Origin: Nitrospiraceae bacterium
GTDB lineage: Bacteria > Nitrospirota > Nitrospiria > Nitrospirales > Nitrospiraceae
NCBI GenBank assembly: GCA_919902665.1
Contig: CAKKRK010000001.1
Coordinates: 11,277-75,276, forward strand
Reading direction: 5' to 3'
DNA: 64,000 bases
The notes under the pieces are model-generated. The model saw only the letters and a list, made by a program, of their open reading frames with translations. It did not search any database and was not told the DNA's origin. Every line of letters starts with the position of its first letter. Position 1 is the stretch's first letter. This document shows positions 10,620 to 20,538 of the stretch, piece by piece. The position numbers and the translations under genes are program-made.

Positions 10620-10628
10620 CGCCTGAAG

Positions 10629-11150
10629 TCATCCTCGCTGCAATTGAGTGAGCGTCCCTTCAAGCGACAGCAATTTCCGTTTCATCGACAACCCGCAGGA
10701 GAAGCCTCCGAGCGAGGCATCGTGGGCGACAATCCGGTGACAAGGAATCACGATCGGCAACGGATTCGCACCGACCGCGTTGCCGACCGCACGGGCATAC
10801 TGAGGTCCACCCACACGCGCAGCGATCCATCGATACGAACGCAACTTGCTATATGGCACACGCTGCAACGTCCGCCAGACCTGCCGTTGGAACGTCGTTC
10901 CCTCCGTGAGATCAAGGGGTAGATCGAAGGACGTCCGTCTCCCAGTCAGATAGTCCAACAGCTGACGACGAGCTGTCTCCAGACTGGGTGACTCTCCCCG
11001 TTGCACTGGCTCGCTAAACTGTGCGCTGATGCTGGATTCAACCGCCTGTTTGGACTGTTTCGGCAAAACAATCGCTTGAATCCCCTTCAAAGATTCAACA
11101 ATCCCCATCCAGCCCCAGGGCGACTTAAATACTATCGCACGCCTCATCAT
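10629..11150 (-). CDS. ogt: Methylated-DNA-[protein]-cysteine S-methyltransferase
   Basis: FQRQVW, RAVGNAVGANP, IPCHRIV active site. Confidence 0.93.
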   Translation of the reverse strand: MMRRAIVFKSPWGWMGIVESLKGIQAIVLPKQSKQAVESSISAQFSEPVQRGESPSLETARRQLLDYLTGRRTSFDLPLDLTEGTTFQRQVWRTLQRVPYSKLRSYRWIAARVGGPQYARAVGNAVGANPLPIVIPCHRIVAHDASLGGFSCGLSMKRKLLSLEGTLTQLQRG

Positions 11151-11161
11151 ACTGCTCCTAA

Positions 11162-12775
11162 CTAGCCGATGAATCGTCCCAACTTTCTCCGCACCATCTC
11201 CCACACCACACCCAATTCATCCGACCTAAACAAGGCATGGACGCCAAAATATCCGACGATACTCAACCCAATAGCAACGACAAGCATGGCTGATTTCTCG
11301 GCCCAGTCGTCGGGCTGAGTCCAGACCTGGGCACCAGCCACCCACCAACAGGCCATGACAATGGGCACACAGGCCACCAGCACTCGTCCAGCCGAGCGGA
11401 TCACTGATTTCCACTCGACACCGCCCAGCCGACGATTCAACACCACCACGAGAATTCCGCCATTGACCATCGCAGCCAGCGCGGTTGCAAGCGCCAGCCC
11501 TGCCGCCCCAAGGTGCGACATCAGTACCAGCGAAAACAGGATATTCGCCACCACCGCAATCGCAGCAGAAATGGCCGGCGTCGTGGTGTCTTTCAACGAA
11601 TAGAACGCCGAGACAATAATGCGCACCCCCCCGAATGCCCACAAGCCAAGGGCATAGCACAGCACCGCAAAGGCGGTCTCAGCGGTATCGTGCGCCGTAA
11701 ACGTGCCATGCTCAAAAAAGAGATGCACAAGCGGCGTCCGCAGCAAAATCAAGCCCACCATCGCCGGCAGAATGATAAAGAGGATCATGCGCAGGCCGAA
11801 CCCAAGCGTCGTGCGGAGTTCATCCAGCGCGCCTCGTGCCGCTTGTGCCGATAAGGTAGGAAGGATGGCCGTTGCCAAGGCCACGCCAAAAATGCCGAGC
11901 GGAAACTGAATGAGCCGCATGCCATAAAACAGATAGGTCGGGCCACCGGCAAAAAACGACCCCAGAATCGTGCTCACGGTAATATTGATCTGTGTCACTG
12001 ACAACCCGAGCAGCGACGGAATCATCAATCGACCGATCTTTCGCACACCGGGATGGCCGGGATTGAACGTGAATCCGAACAACATGCCGCGCAGCTTGAG
12101 CCCAGGCAATTGCATCGCAAACTGCGCCGCGCCACCGGCGACGACACCAATGGCGACACCAAGGATGGGTTCCCGCATGGTCGGCGCCAGAAAGAGCGAG
12201 CACCCGATGATGAACAGATTGAAAAAGACCGGAGAAAACGCCGGGGCCGCGAAGGCCCGCAGAGAATTGAGGATCCCCATGGCCAGCGCGGCGAGGCTGA
12301 TAAAAATGAGATAGGGGAACATCATGCGCGTGAGCAACGTCGTCATTTCAAGCCGGGTCGGATCATCATGGAACCCCGGAGCCAAGATCCAGACAATACC
12401 CGCCGCCGCCAAAATCCCAAGTATGGTAATGCCAGTCACAATGGTCAGCAACGTTGTAAAGGCGGCACTGGCCAACTCCCACGCATCCTGTTTGGACTTG
12501 AGCGTGTGATATTCAGTGAAGACGGGAATGAACGCGGCGGACATCGATCCTTCAGCAAAGAGCTCACGAAGCAAGTTCGGGATACGATAGGCGACGAAAA
12601 AGGCATCAGCTGCCGGCGTGGCGCCGAACAGCTTGGCGAGAACCATGTCACGGACAAAACCGAGCACGCGACTGGAGAAGGTCGCAACCCCAATCATCCC
12701 AGCCGCTTTGACGACCGACTGATTCTCGTCCTGGGGTTTGGTGGGAGCACCGGCCGAAACGGGAGACTCTGACAT
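11162..12775 (-). CDS. murJ: Lipid II flippase MurJ (MviN)
   Basis: SRVLGFVRD, DAFFVAYRIPNLLRELFAEG, RLIQFPLGIF, multiple TM helices. Confidence 0.96.
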   Translation of the reverse strand: MSESPVSAGAPTKPQDENQSVVKAAGMIGVATFSSRVLGFVRDMVLAKLFGATPAADAFFVAYRIPNLLRELFAEGSMSAAFIPVFTEYHTLKSKQDAWELASAAFTTLLTIVTGITILGILAAAGIVWILAPGFHDDPTRLEMTTLLTRMMFPYLIFISLAALAMGILNSLRAFAAPAFSPVFFNLFIIGCSLFLAPTMREPILGVAIGVVAGGAAQFAMQLPGLKLRGMLFGFTFNPGHPGVRKIGRLMIPSLLGLSVTQINITVSTILGSFFAGGPTYLFYGMRLIQFPLGIFGVALATAILPTLSAQAARGALDELRTTLGFGLRMILFIILPAMVGLILLRTPLVHLFFEHGTFTAHDTAETAFAVLCYALGLWAFGGVRIIVSAFYSLKDTTTPAISAAIAVVANILFSLVLMSHLGAAGLALATALAAMVNGGILVVVLNRRLGGVEWKSVIRSAGRVLVACVPIVMACWWVAGAQVWTQPDDWAEKSAMLVVAIGLSIVGYFGVHALFRSDELGVVWEMVRRKLGRFIG

Positions 12776-12974
12776 GGATCGGATTCTAGCGGAATGCTCG
12801 CGGGCCGTCTATCGGCGCATGCAGACGAGGCGTAAAGAGCTTCTCAAGCGTACCGCTGCGTACAAACCAATTCACAGTTTGGATTGAGCGGACGAGTCAG
12901 TGAGTCATCACCAAGTGGAGTGATGCGCGATTATAAAAAGAAGTAAAGACCGTGAGTTGATTTCTTGCGGAGCC

Positions 12975-13009
12975 GCCTCTGGCGCTGGTCATCGATTCGC
13001 GCCAGAGGC
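12975..13009 (-). terminator. Stem-loop downstream of the bactofilin gene
   Basis: GCCTCTGGCGC / GCGCCAGAGGC 11-bp stem, just after the stop codon. Confidence 0.6.
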
Positions 13010-13021
13010 TCTGAACGCTCA

Positions 13022-13522
13022 TCACGCCGCGAGTCGTTGAACAGGCGGCCGACTCGTGATGCTTACGACATTTGCGTCTACGTCCCTTGAGCCCATAGCC
13101 TTGGCCTGCGGCTTCATCTCCAAGGTCCCATTGAACACCACACCCTCTTCCATCGAAAGAACCGGAGTGATCAGACTCCCTTCCACCACGGCCGGAGCAC
13201 GGAGCACAATCTGGTCCTTCGCGTGAATATCACCGTGGATGGTTCCTTGGCACACCACGGTCCCGGCTGAGACTTTGGCCTTGAGAACTGCCTCAGGCCC
13301 AACGAGCAAGCCGCCGTCGGTGTGAATTTCGCCTTCCAAGGATCCATCAATCCGTACCGTGCCTGAATAGGTAATGACCCCCTTGAACTCAACATCTTTA
13401 CCGACGAACGCCACCTCATCCGGAAGAATCGGCCCGCTCTTTGATGGGTTACGCCTGGCCTCCACCCACTGTTCCCGTTCCTGCTCTCCCACTCCCCCTG
13501 CTGTCTCTTCCTGCTTCCACAT
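13022..13522 (-). CDS. Bactofilin (polymer-forming cytoskeletal protein, CcmA family)
   Basis: FKGVITYSGTVRIDGSLEGEI, VGPEAVLKAKV, LSMEEGVVFNG. Confidence 0.9.
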   Translation of the reverse strand: MWKQEETAGGVGEQEREQWVEARRNPSKSGPILPDEVAFVGKDVEFKGVITYSGTVRIDGSLEGEIHTDGGLLVGPEAVLKAKVSAGTVVCQGTIHGDIHAKDQIVLRAPAVVEGSLITPVLSMEEGVVFNGTLEMKPQAKAMGSRDVDANVVSITSRPPVQRLAA

Positions 13523-13638
13523 GATATGGCTCCCTCCTTATCCAAATAGTCCGGCTGAGCTGAACGGTCCCGCCAAGTCTCTTACCTATCGGTTGACTGC
13601 GGTGTTTTATTGAGTACGGAACGGAAGGGAGCGGAGTT

Positions 13639-14301
13639 TTATGGCTCCTGGACCAATTCATTCGATAATTCATCAGGATTGTCTCCTGGACGACCAGGGC
13701 ACACTTCAGCCAGAAGCAGACCGCACGTCTGGATACTCTGACATACGCCACCGACGACATCTCCCGTCTTCAATCGATCGACAGCAGCCTCGACAACCTT
13801 CGACCATTGCTCACTCGGCACTTGTTGCAACAAGGGTCGATCCGCCAACACGTGGATCTGGTGCTCCAAGAGAGACACCATGATCAGCACACCGGTGCGC
13901 TCGCGAGTCTGAGAGACCGCATGTCGCGCGAAGGCACGTTCAGCCCTGAGCCTGACTTCATGTCGCATCCGATCGGTTGGTGTGAGCAGGCGAACGATCG
14001 GGTCACAGGTGCCGAGCCATACCCCTGCACCATAGGCCAGAATTGTCGCCAGTACCAGCCAGGCGGCATTGGACGCATGCCAGCCCCAGGGAAGCCAGAG
14101 TAGTTCAGTGCTCAACAATAGGGTGAGGGTGAACAAGGCAAGAATCGACCCAGCGCGATGTTGCGTGTCTCGGTAGAGCCCGGACCGGCTGACGAGCATT
14201 GGGACGATCTCCGCATTCGTGTGTTCTTCTGCCGCATGCACGGCCAGCCTGATCCGCTCCCGCTCCTCGGCTGTGAGTCGCAGCCCCTCACCAGTTTCCA
14301 C
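13639..14301 (-). CDS. TPM-domain membrane protein (LemA-operon partner)
   Basis: AVHAAEEHTNAEIV, two TM helices, TRERTGVLIMVSLLEH, NPDELSN. Start re-called to GTG 14301; the longer ORF 5' end only mirrors the Gly-rich tail of the upstream gene. Confidence 0.8.
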   Translation of the reverse strand: METGEGLRLTAEERERIRLAVHAAEEHTNAEIVPMLVSRSGLYRDTQHRAGSILALFTLTLLLSTELLWLPWGWHASNAAWLVLATILAYGAGVWLGTCDPIVRLLTPTDRMRHEVRLRAERAFARHAVSQTRERTGVLIMVSLLEHQIHVLADRPLLQQVPSEQWSKVVEAAVDRLKTGDVVGGVCQSIQTCGLLLAEVCPGRPGDNPDELSNELVQEP

Positions 14302-15217
14302 TGGCACCTCCTCCCCCGAAACTGCCACCGCCTCCACTAAAGCCGCCCCCACCAAACCCACCACCGCCACCAAGAGAACCTCCGCCCCACCCGCCGCCAC
14401 GACTACTGTACCAAACCCAATCATCTATACCGCTAGATCGACTCCTCCTTCCCTCGGCACCAGAGGCACCAATCACCAGCAGGAGGAGTACGGTGATACC
14501 GCTTGCCAGGAGTGCCGGAACTAACCAAGGCGCCAGAAGTGTGGAGATCCCTGCTCCCGCAACCGGGCCGATAAATCGATGGACGTTCATGAACACGAGC
14601 CCCACGAGCAATCCAACAACGACGGCCACGACGACCTGCTCTATGACATCGCTCTCCTGTCGAGGGACTGTCTTCTCGGACGCCTGATAGGTCCCCTCGA
14701 TTGTCGTTAGAATGGCTTTGATCCCGGCAATGACTCCTCCAGGCATATCACCGGCACGAAACCGAGGCACGATCTCATTCCTGATGATCTGTGCCGAGCG
14801 GGCGTCTGTTAGGACACCCTCCAACCCGTACCCGACCTCGATACGAACCTTGCGCTCCTGGATCGCCATCAACAGCAGAGCGCCATTGTCGGTTCCTTTT
14901 TGGCCAAGTTTCCAGGCCGTCGCCACGCGATGGGAGAATTCCTCGATCGCATCACCTTCGAGAGAGGGAATGATGAGGACAGCCACTTGATTGCTTGATT
15001 TGGTTTCATGCGCCGCCAGTTGAGTGGTCAGCGACTCAACCGTGGAATTCGGCAAGATATGGGCGAGATCGACGACTCGCCCGGCCAGTGGAGGGACATC
15101 GAGGGCAACGGCAGGCGTCGCAAGCAAGACGGCGAGTAGGACGATTATGAGAACCCAGCAGGACGAGAGGCGGCTCATTCTGAATGCGCTCCCCCTTCGC
15201 CTCAGCTTCCCCTTCAA
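14288..15217 (-). CDS. TPM-domain protein (YgcG family) with Gly-rich tail
   Basis: GRVVDLAHIL, QVAVLII, WKLGQKGTDNGALL, IEVGYGLEG, GGGSFGGGGASGNW. Confidence 0.9.
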   Translation of the reverse strand: MKGKLRRRGSAFRMSRLSSCWVLIIVLLAVLLATPAVALDVPPLAGRVVDLAHILPNSTVESLTTQLAAHETKSSNQVAVLIIPSLEGDAIEEFSHRVATAWKLGQKGTDNGALLLMAIQERKVRIEVGYGLEGVLTDARSAQIIRNEIVPRFRAGDMPGGVIAGIKAILTTIEGTYQASEKTVPRQESDVIEQVVVAVVVGLLVGLVFMNVHRFIGPVAGAGISTLLAPWLVPALLASGITVLLLLVIGASGAEGRRSRSSGIDDWVWYSSRGGGWGGGSLGGGGGFGGGGFSGGGGSFGGGGASGNW

Positions 15218-15218
15218 C

Positions 15219-15821
15219 TTAAAACTTCACTTCTGGCGGTTTCGCTACAGCCTTTTCATCGGCGACGGTAAAGTTGGGGCGCTCTTCCAGGTGTAGGAGA
15301 AACTTGGCCGTCAGGTTGGTCGGGAAGTACCGGACCATCTTGTTGTAGTCCGCGACTCGATCGATATACCGCTTACGCGCCACGGTGATCCGGTTTTCTG
15401 TCCCCTCCAGCTGGCTTTGGAGGTCCCTGAAACTTTGATCAGCCTTGAGGTTCGGATAGTTTTCGGCAATCGCGATCAGTCGGCCTAACGCCGATGTCAG
15501 TCCCGCTTGGGCTTTTTGAAATGCCTCGAATGCGGCCGGGTCCTTGAGCACCTCAGGCGTCACTTGCATGCTGGTCGCCTTCGCTCGAGCATTCACGACT
15601 CCCTCAAGCGTCTCTTTTTCATGAGCCGCGTACCCCTTGACCGTCGCAACAAGATTAGGGATGAGGTCGGCACGACGCTGGTATTGATTGATCACTTCAC
15701 TCCACGCCGCCTTCGTATCTTCATCCAGACCTTGAAGGTCGTTGTACCCACAACCGGACATAGAACACGCACTGATCATCGCTAGAGTCATCACCATCTT
15801 TTTCCACCAAGTACGCCCCAT
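15219..15821 (-). CDS. lemA: LemA family protein
   Basis: GCGYN lipobox, QRRADLIPNLVATVKGYAAHE, ENYPNLKA, ENRITVAR. Confidence 0.93.
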   Translation of the reverse strand: MGRTWWKKMVMTLAMISACSMSGCGYNDLQGLDEDTKAAWSEVINQYQRRADLIPNLVATVKGYAAHEKETLEGVVNARAKATSMQVTPEVLKDPAAFEAFQKAQAGLTSALGRLIAIAENYPNLKADQSFRDLQSQLEGTENRITVARKRYIDRVADYNKMVRYFPTNLTAKFLLHLEERPNFTVADEKAVAKPPEVKF

Positions 15822-15921
15822 CGTTCCCTCCTTCAACCGTAGAGCAGGACGCAATGTCCCTTGCTCTCGCAATCATGCTACCATGGGGATAATCATTAAG
15901 ATATGTCGGTCAAGAGGGGCT

Positions 15922-16227
15922 ATGCCACGGAAACTATTGATCCATGAACCTGGTGGGTTTCAAGTGCGACACCGCACCCTTGGGATCTATCAAGGCAGTG
16001 CGATCGACCTCGCCTTCTGGCACCCATCGTCAGGCATGCCCGAACACGGGCTCTGTCGATTTTCAACAAAAGACAAGGCCCAGGCGTTGATCGATGCGTT
16101 CTCTTCTTCAGCCTGCACGGAACCGATGGATCAACATGATCTGACTATCGAGCCGTACGATGGCGCCGAACATGACCGCTTGATCAGTGACTATCCGCTG
16201 CCGTCTGCCTGGGAGATGCCAATCTAG
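15922..16227 (+). CDS. Hypothetical protein (101 aa)
   Basis: ATG with AGAGGGG upstream; fills the gap between divergent and convergent neighbours. Confidence 0.55.
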   Translation: MPRKLLIHEPGGFQVRHRTLGIYQGSAIDLAFWHPSSGMPEHGLCRFSTKDKAQALIDAFSSSACTEPMDQHDLTIEPYDGAEHDRLISDYPLPSAWEMPI

Positions 16228-16242
16228 GCCGGGAAGTCGAGG

Positions 16243-16767
16243 TTAGCCGGTGACGATCGGCTCGACAACCTTGGAAAGGACATTGGACGTGGAACCCGAA
16301 TGTGAGTGGATGAAGGTGAGCAGGCGTTTATTCTCTTGGGCCTTGCGAAGAAACTTGAAGGCGATTCCGCGCGCGCTCACTGACCGTACCATGGCTGCGA
16401 CTTCGATGGGAGCTTCGTCCTCGGCGAGGGCGATCTCCAAGTAGAAAATATCGTCAACCCGGACGTGAGTCTCGCTCTCGATGATGCACCCACCCAGGGA
16501 AAGGTCCAGCACGGTACCCTCGCCCCTCACTTTTCCTCCGGAAAACGATAAGCATAGACGAACAGGGATACGGAGATGTTCCCGGCGCTCAATCGGGTGA
16601 GAGAATCCCGCCGTGCTCACGCGACGGGCGAGAAAACGATGGTGACAGTCCTGACACTGGAACGGAACAATCCAAACCAGCGCCGCAACCAGTTCACGCG
16701 GAGTCTGTGGTTGTGCCCGCACTACGCCGTCCTTGTGACACCGTGGGCAAGTCACCTGGCGACTCAT
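16243..16767 (-). CDS. PilZ-domain protein with N-terminal CxxC...CxxC zinc ribbon
   Basis: CPRC and CQDC pairs; PilZ motifs REHLR (RxxxR) and DLSLGG. Confidence 0.85.
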   Translation of the reverse strand: MSRQVTCPRCHKDGVVRAQPQTPRELVAALVWIVPFQCQDCHHRFLARRVSTAGFSHPIERREHLRIPVRLCLSFSGGKVRGEGTVLDLSLGGCIIESETHVRVDDIFYLEIALAEDEAPIEVAAMVRSVSARGIAFKFLRKAQENKRLLTFIHSHSGSTSNVLSKVVEPIVTG

Positions 16768-16973
16768 TCGATGTGCCTCTTTCTCATCTCCACCCCACCA
16801 CCAGCCTATAACCGCACTATAAAGGCCTTCCCCCCACAGTCAAGCTGATTGCCATCTGGCGCAAAGTGGCTTCCATCATCCTTTTACACCATTTAATAGA
16901 TTGGCGACCGGCGGTCGGCATCGCGCTTGGTGACGAATCGCAACGAGGAGAGGCCCTACCGTCAGCGTACCGG

Positions 16974-17762
16974 CTAGGCAGACTCTGCGTGGGGAGATTC
17001 CGGCTCAGCAGGAAGACCGGATTCGACGACGCCGGCCCGGAGATATTCGCGATTGAGAGTGGCGATGAAACGGACGCTGATGCGTTTCGGACAGACAGCT
17101 TCACACTCATATTGATTGCCGCACGAACCGAATCCTTCTCGATCCATGGCGTCTAACATCGTCTTCACCCGACGCGTGCGCTCGGGTTTCCCTTGCGGCA
17201 AGAGCGCCAAATGGGACACCTTGGCCGCCACAAACAGCATGGCCGAGGCATTCTTACACGCAGCCACGCAGGCCCCACAACCGATGCAGGATGCGGCATC
17301 CATCGCGGTTTCGGCCTGATCTTTTTCGATTAACAAGACGTTCCCATCCACCGCTCCACCGGTGTTGACGGAGACATAGCCTCCTGCTTGCATGACTCGA
17401 TCCAGGGCTCGGCGATCAACCACCAGATCCTTGATGATGGGAAAAGCCCGCGCACGCCACGGCTCGATCGTGATGACGGCTCCGTCTGGAAACCGCCGCA
17501 TGTACAACTGACAGGTGGCCATGCCACGGTCCGGGCCATGCGGGATTCCATTGATTACCAGAGAGCAACTTCCGCAGATGCCTTCACGGCAATCCTGCTC
17601 AAACGCCACCGGCTCTTCACCCTTGGCGATCAATCCCTGATTCACACCATCAAGCATTTCTAAGAACGACATGCCGGGGCCGACGTCGTGAGCTTCATAC
17701 GTCACAAACCGGCCTTTCTCGTCTGGACTCTTCTGGCGCCAAATTTTTAATGTGAACGTCAT
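16974..17762 (-). CDS. sdhB: Succinate dehydrogenase / fumarate reductase iron-sulfur subunit
   Basis: [32 protein letters not shown]. Confidence 0.95.
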   Translation of the reverse strand: MTFTLKIWRQKSPDEKGRFVTYEAHDVGPGMSFLEMLDGVNQGLIAKGEEPVAFEQDCREGICGSCSLVINGIPHGPDRGMATCQLYMRRFPDGAVITIEPWRARAFPIIKDLVVDRRALDRVMQAGGYVSVNTGGAVDGNVLLIEKDQAETAMDAASCIGCGACVAACKNASAMLFVAAKVSHLALLPQGKPERTRRVKTMLDAMDREGFGSCGNQYECEAVCPKRISVRFIATLNREYLRAGVVESGLPAEPESPHAESA

Positions 17763-17821
17763 GACCCGCTACCAGGCTTTCTCTTAACGCTTTTCTCTAC
17801 TCCCGCTCATCCCCTCACCAA

Positions 17822-19735
17822 TTATTGGTAACTTCTCGTGGTCGGCTGCACGAATTCGAAGGCAAGAGGCTCCTTGTGCAAGGTAGGTACTGCATGCTCT
17901 CGGTACTCCCATGCGGCAACATGCGCAAAACAGGTATCGTCGCGCTTTGGCTCACCGTCGGCCGTCTGATGCTCTTCGCGGAAATGTGCCCCGCACGACT
18001 CTTCCCGATGTAACGCATCGTGACAGAGCAGTTCAGCAAACTCGAGATAGTCAGCCACTCTCCCCGCATATTCCAGCTCTTGGTTGAAGGCTTCTCCTGA
18101 TCCAGGAACCACGACATTCCGCCAAAATTCTTCCCGTAGGGCCGGGATCGACCGCAGTGCCAGTTCAAGCCCTGCTTTGTTGCGAGACATGCCGCAGTGA
18201 TCCCATAAGAATTTGCCGACTTCGCGATGAAATGAGGCTGCGGTTCGACGGCCTTTCGCGTTCAGCAGGCGGCTGATCCTGCCCGTCACGCGCTGAAGCG
18301 CCGCGCATGATTCCTTATGATCTTCCCCAACCGGTGAAAGCTTCGCCGTCGCTAAATAATGACCGATCGTATAGGGCAGGATAAAATAACCATCGGCGAG
18401 CCCTTGCATCAAGGAGCTGGCGCCGAGCCGGTTGGCGCCATGATCCGCAAAATTTGCTTCTCCAACCACGAACAGTCCCGGGATGGTACTCATAAGATTG
18501 TAATCAACCCAAAGCCCCCCCATCGTATAGTGTGGCGCCGGATAAATCCGCATGGGGACGTGGTAGGCATCTTCCCCTGTGATCCGGTTATACATGTCGA
18601 AGAGGTTGCCATAGCGCTCGTGGACAACATCCTGCCCCTGCTGTTCAAGCACATCGGCAAAATCCAGGTACACGCCCTGACCTCCCGGGCCGACGCCATG
18701 GCCCTCGTCGCACACAGTCTTCACGGCACGGGACGCGATGTCTCGTGGCGCAAGATTGCCGAAACGAGGGTACCGGCGTTCCAGAAAATAGTCGCGTTCT
18801 TCGGCGGGTATGTCGCCAGGAGGCCGGTGATCCGCAGCTATCTTCGGCACCCACAACCGTCCGTCGTTGCGGAGCGATTCGGACATCAGGGTCAACTTGG
18901 CCTGATGTTCGTCCCCCGGCGGGATCGCTGTGGGATGAATCTGCATAAAACACGGATTCGCGAATGCGGCACCCTGTTTCCACGCCCGATACGTGGCCGT
19001 CACATTGCTGCCGCTTGCATTGGTCGACAGGTAGTACACGTTGCTGTAGCCGCCGGTCGCAAGAACCACTGCATGGGCCGTCTGGATACTCACCCGTCCC
19101 GTGACGAGATCACGCACCACGATTCCTCGGGCCTGACCGTCAATCACGATCAGATCGAGCATCTCGGTCCGAGGGTGCATCGTGACCTGTCCACGTTCAA
19201 TCTGCCAGCAGAGCGCCGAATAGGCGCCCAAGAGCAGTTGCTGTCCGGTCTGTCCGCGACAGTAGAACGTCCGCGAAACTTGGACACCTCCAAACGATCG
19301 ATTGGCCAACTGCCCGCCATATTCACGAGCAAAAGGAACACCGAGAGCCACACATTGATCGATAATTTGTGCACTGACCTGGGCAAGCCGATAGACATTC
19401 GCCTCTCGCGAACGAAAGTCTCCACCCTTGATCGTGTCGTAAAAAAGCCGGGCCACACTGTCCCCATCATCCTGATAGTTTTTTGCGGCATTGATCCCAC
19501 CTTGTGCCGCAATACTGTGCGCACGGCGTGGACTATCCTGAAAACAAAAACACTCCACCTGATAGCCGAGCTGTCCCAAGGTCGAGGCCGCACTGGCTCC
19601 GGCAAGACCGGTGCCAACGACGATGACCGTGATTCTCCGCTTGTTATTCGGACTCACTAATTTTTCGCTGAATCGATGTCGGTCCCATTTGGTTTCCAGC
19701 GGGCCGGCAGGAATTTTCGGATCAAGTTTCATCAT
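17822..19735 (-). CDS. sdhA: Succinate dehydrogenase / fumarate reductase flavoprotein subunit
   Basis: [19 protein letters not shown] (covalent FAD His), QIHPT, HYTMGG, HGANRLG, ESCGAH. Confidence 0.96.
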   Translation of the reverse strand: MMKLDPKIPAGPLETKWDRHRFSEKLVSPNNKRRITVIVVGTGLAGASAASTLGQLGYQVECFCFQDSPRRAHSIAAQGGINAAKNYQDDGDSVARLFYDTIKGGDFRSREANVYRLAQVSAQIIDQCVALGVPFAREYGGQLANRSFGGVQVSRTFYCRGQTGQQLLLGAYSALCWQIERGQVTMHPRTEMLDLIVIDGQARGIVVRDLVTGRVSIQTAHAVVLATGGYSNVYYLSTNASGSNVTATYRAWKQGAAFANPCFMQIHPTAIPPGDEHQAKLTLMSESLRNDGRLWVPKIAADHRPPGDIPAEERDYFLERRYPRFGNLAPRDIASRAVKTVCDEGHGVGPGGQGVYLDFADVLEQQGQDVVHERYGNLFDMYNRITGEDAYHVPMRIYPAPHYTMGGLWVDYNLMSTIPGLFVVGEANFADHGANRLGASSLMQGLADGYFILPYTIGHYLATAKLSPVGEDHKESCAALQRVTGRISRLLNAKGRRTAASFHREVGKFLWDHCGMSRNKAGLELALRSIPALREEFWRNVVVPGSGEAFNQELEYAGRVADYLEFAELLCHDALHREESCGAHFREEHQTADGEPKRDDTCFAHVAAWEYREHAVPTLHKEPLAFEFVQPTTRSYQ

Positions 19736-20412
19736 CCGCGTACGATCCCCAAGAAGATGGCTAGGATGATGGCGACATTGCCGAGAACGACCAACAGCGC
19801 GACCGTGGGACCAGCGGCCTTGATGAGTCGGTTGAATGCCGCGCGTTCAAGCCCCAATGTCTGTAAACTGCTGGTGACGGCATGGTTCAGATGCAAGCCC
19901 AGCCCCAGCTGACCCATCAAGTAACACGCCACGATAAATGGATTCTGAAAGGCCTGGACGATCTTCCCATACACATCACGATGTCCTTCGGTGTCGAGAC
20001 GATCGGCAGAAGAGGGATCGATGACGCCGACCGTCAGATGCAATAAGTGGAATAGGATAAAGAGTAAGAGTACAAGGCCGGAGACGGCCATGGTGCGGGA
20101 CGCAAACGATGCTTGGCGATACTCGCGGACCGCATAGGCGACCGGGCGAGCACGACGATTTCGCAAGGTCAACTGGATCGCCAGGACGATGTGGAGTGCC
20201 GCAAGGCTCAGCAACCCGATCCGGGCGATCCAGAGGAGGATCGGCATGTCGCGGAGCATCGCTGCATAGCCATTGAGCGCATGGGATCCTTCGAATACTT
20301 GTAGGTTCCCCAACATGTGAAAAATAACATAGAGAACGAGCCCCAGCCCGCTTAGGGCCATGACGACTTTACGGCCGACTGAGGACTGGAAATGATTAGA
20401 CGGGTGTGCCAT
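19732..20412 (-). CDS. sdhC: Succinate dehydrogenase cytochrome b subunit (single anchor, type B)
   Basis: [13 protein letters not shown], conserved His (FHMLGN, LHI, FHLLH, LHLNH), TM helices. Confidence 0.9.
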   Translation of the reverse strand: MAHPSNHFQSSVGRKVVMALSGLGLVLYVIFHMLGNLQVFEGSHALNGYAAMLRDMPILLWIARIGLLSLAALHIVLAIQLTLRNRRARPVAYAVREYRQASFASRTMAVSGLVLLLFILFHLLHLTVGVIDPSSADRLDTEGHRDVYGKIVQAFQNPFIVACYLMGQLGLGLHLNHAVTSSLQTLGLERAAFNRLIKAAGPTVALLVVLGNVAIILAIFLGIVRG

Positions 20413-20538
20413 CCGCCATCATTATACACCGCTTGGATTCACGAAGACTCATGAGAACGTTGGAAAGGTGTCCTGATGCACGAGAATACAGCGGCGTGGT
20501 GGTTCGCGCTCGCTGAGTGATCGCAGGTACCAAGGATG

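Noticed and set aside
14288-14424. GC-rich GGC/GGT repetitive tract resembling a simple repeat, plus a hydrophobic N-terminal extension of ORF 13639..14424
   Set aside because: It is the normal Gly-rich tail of the TPM protein read in another frame.
13639-15821. LemA-TPM-TPM operon as a novel system
   Set aside because: A well-known, widespread gene arrangement.
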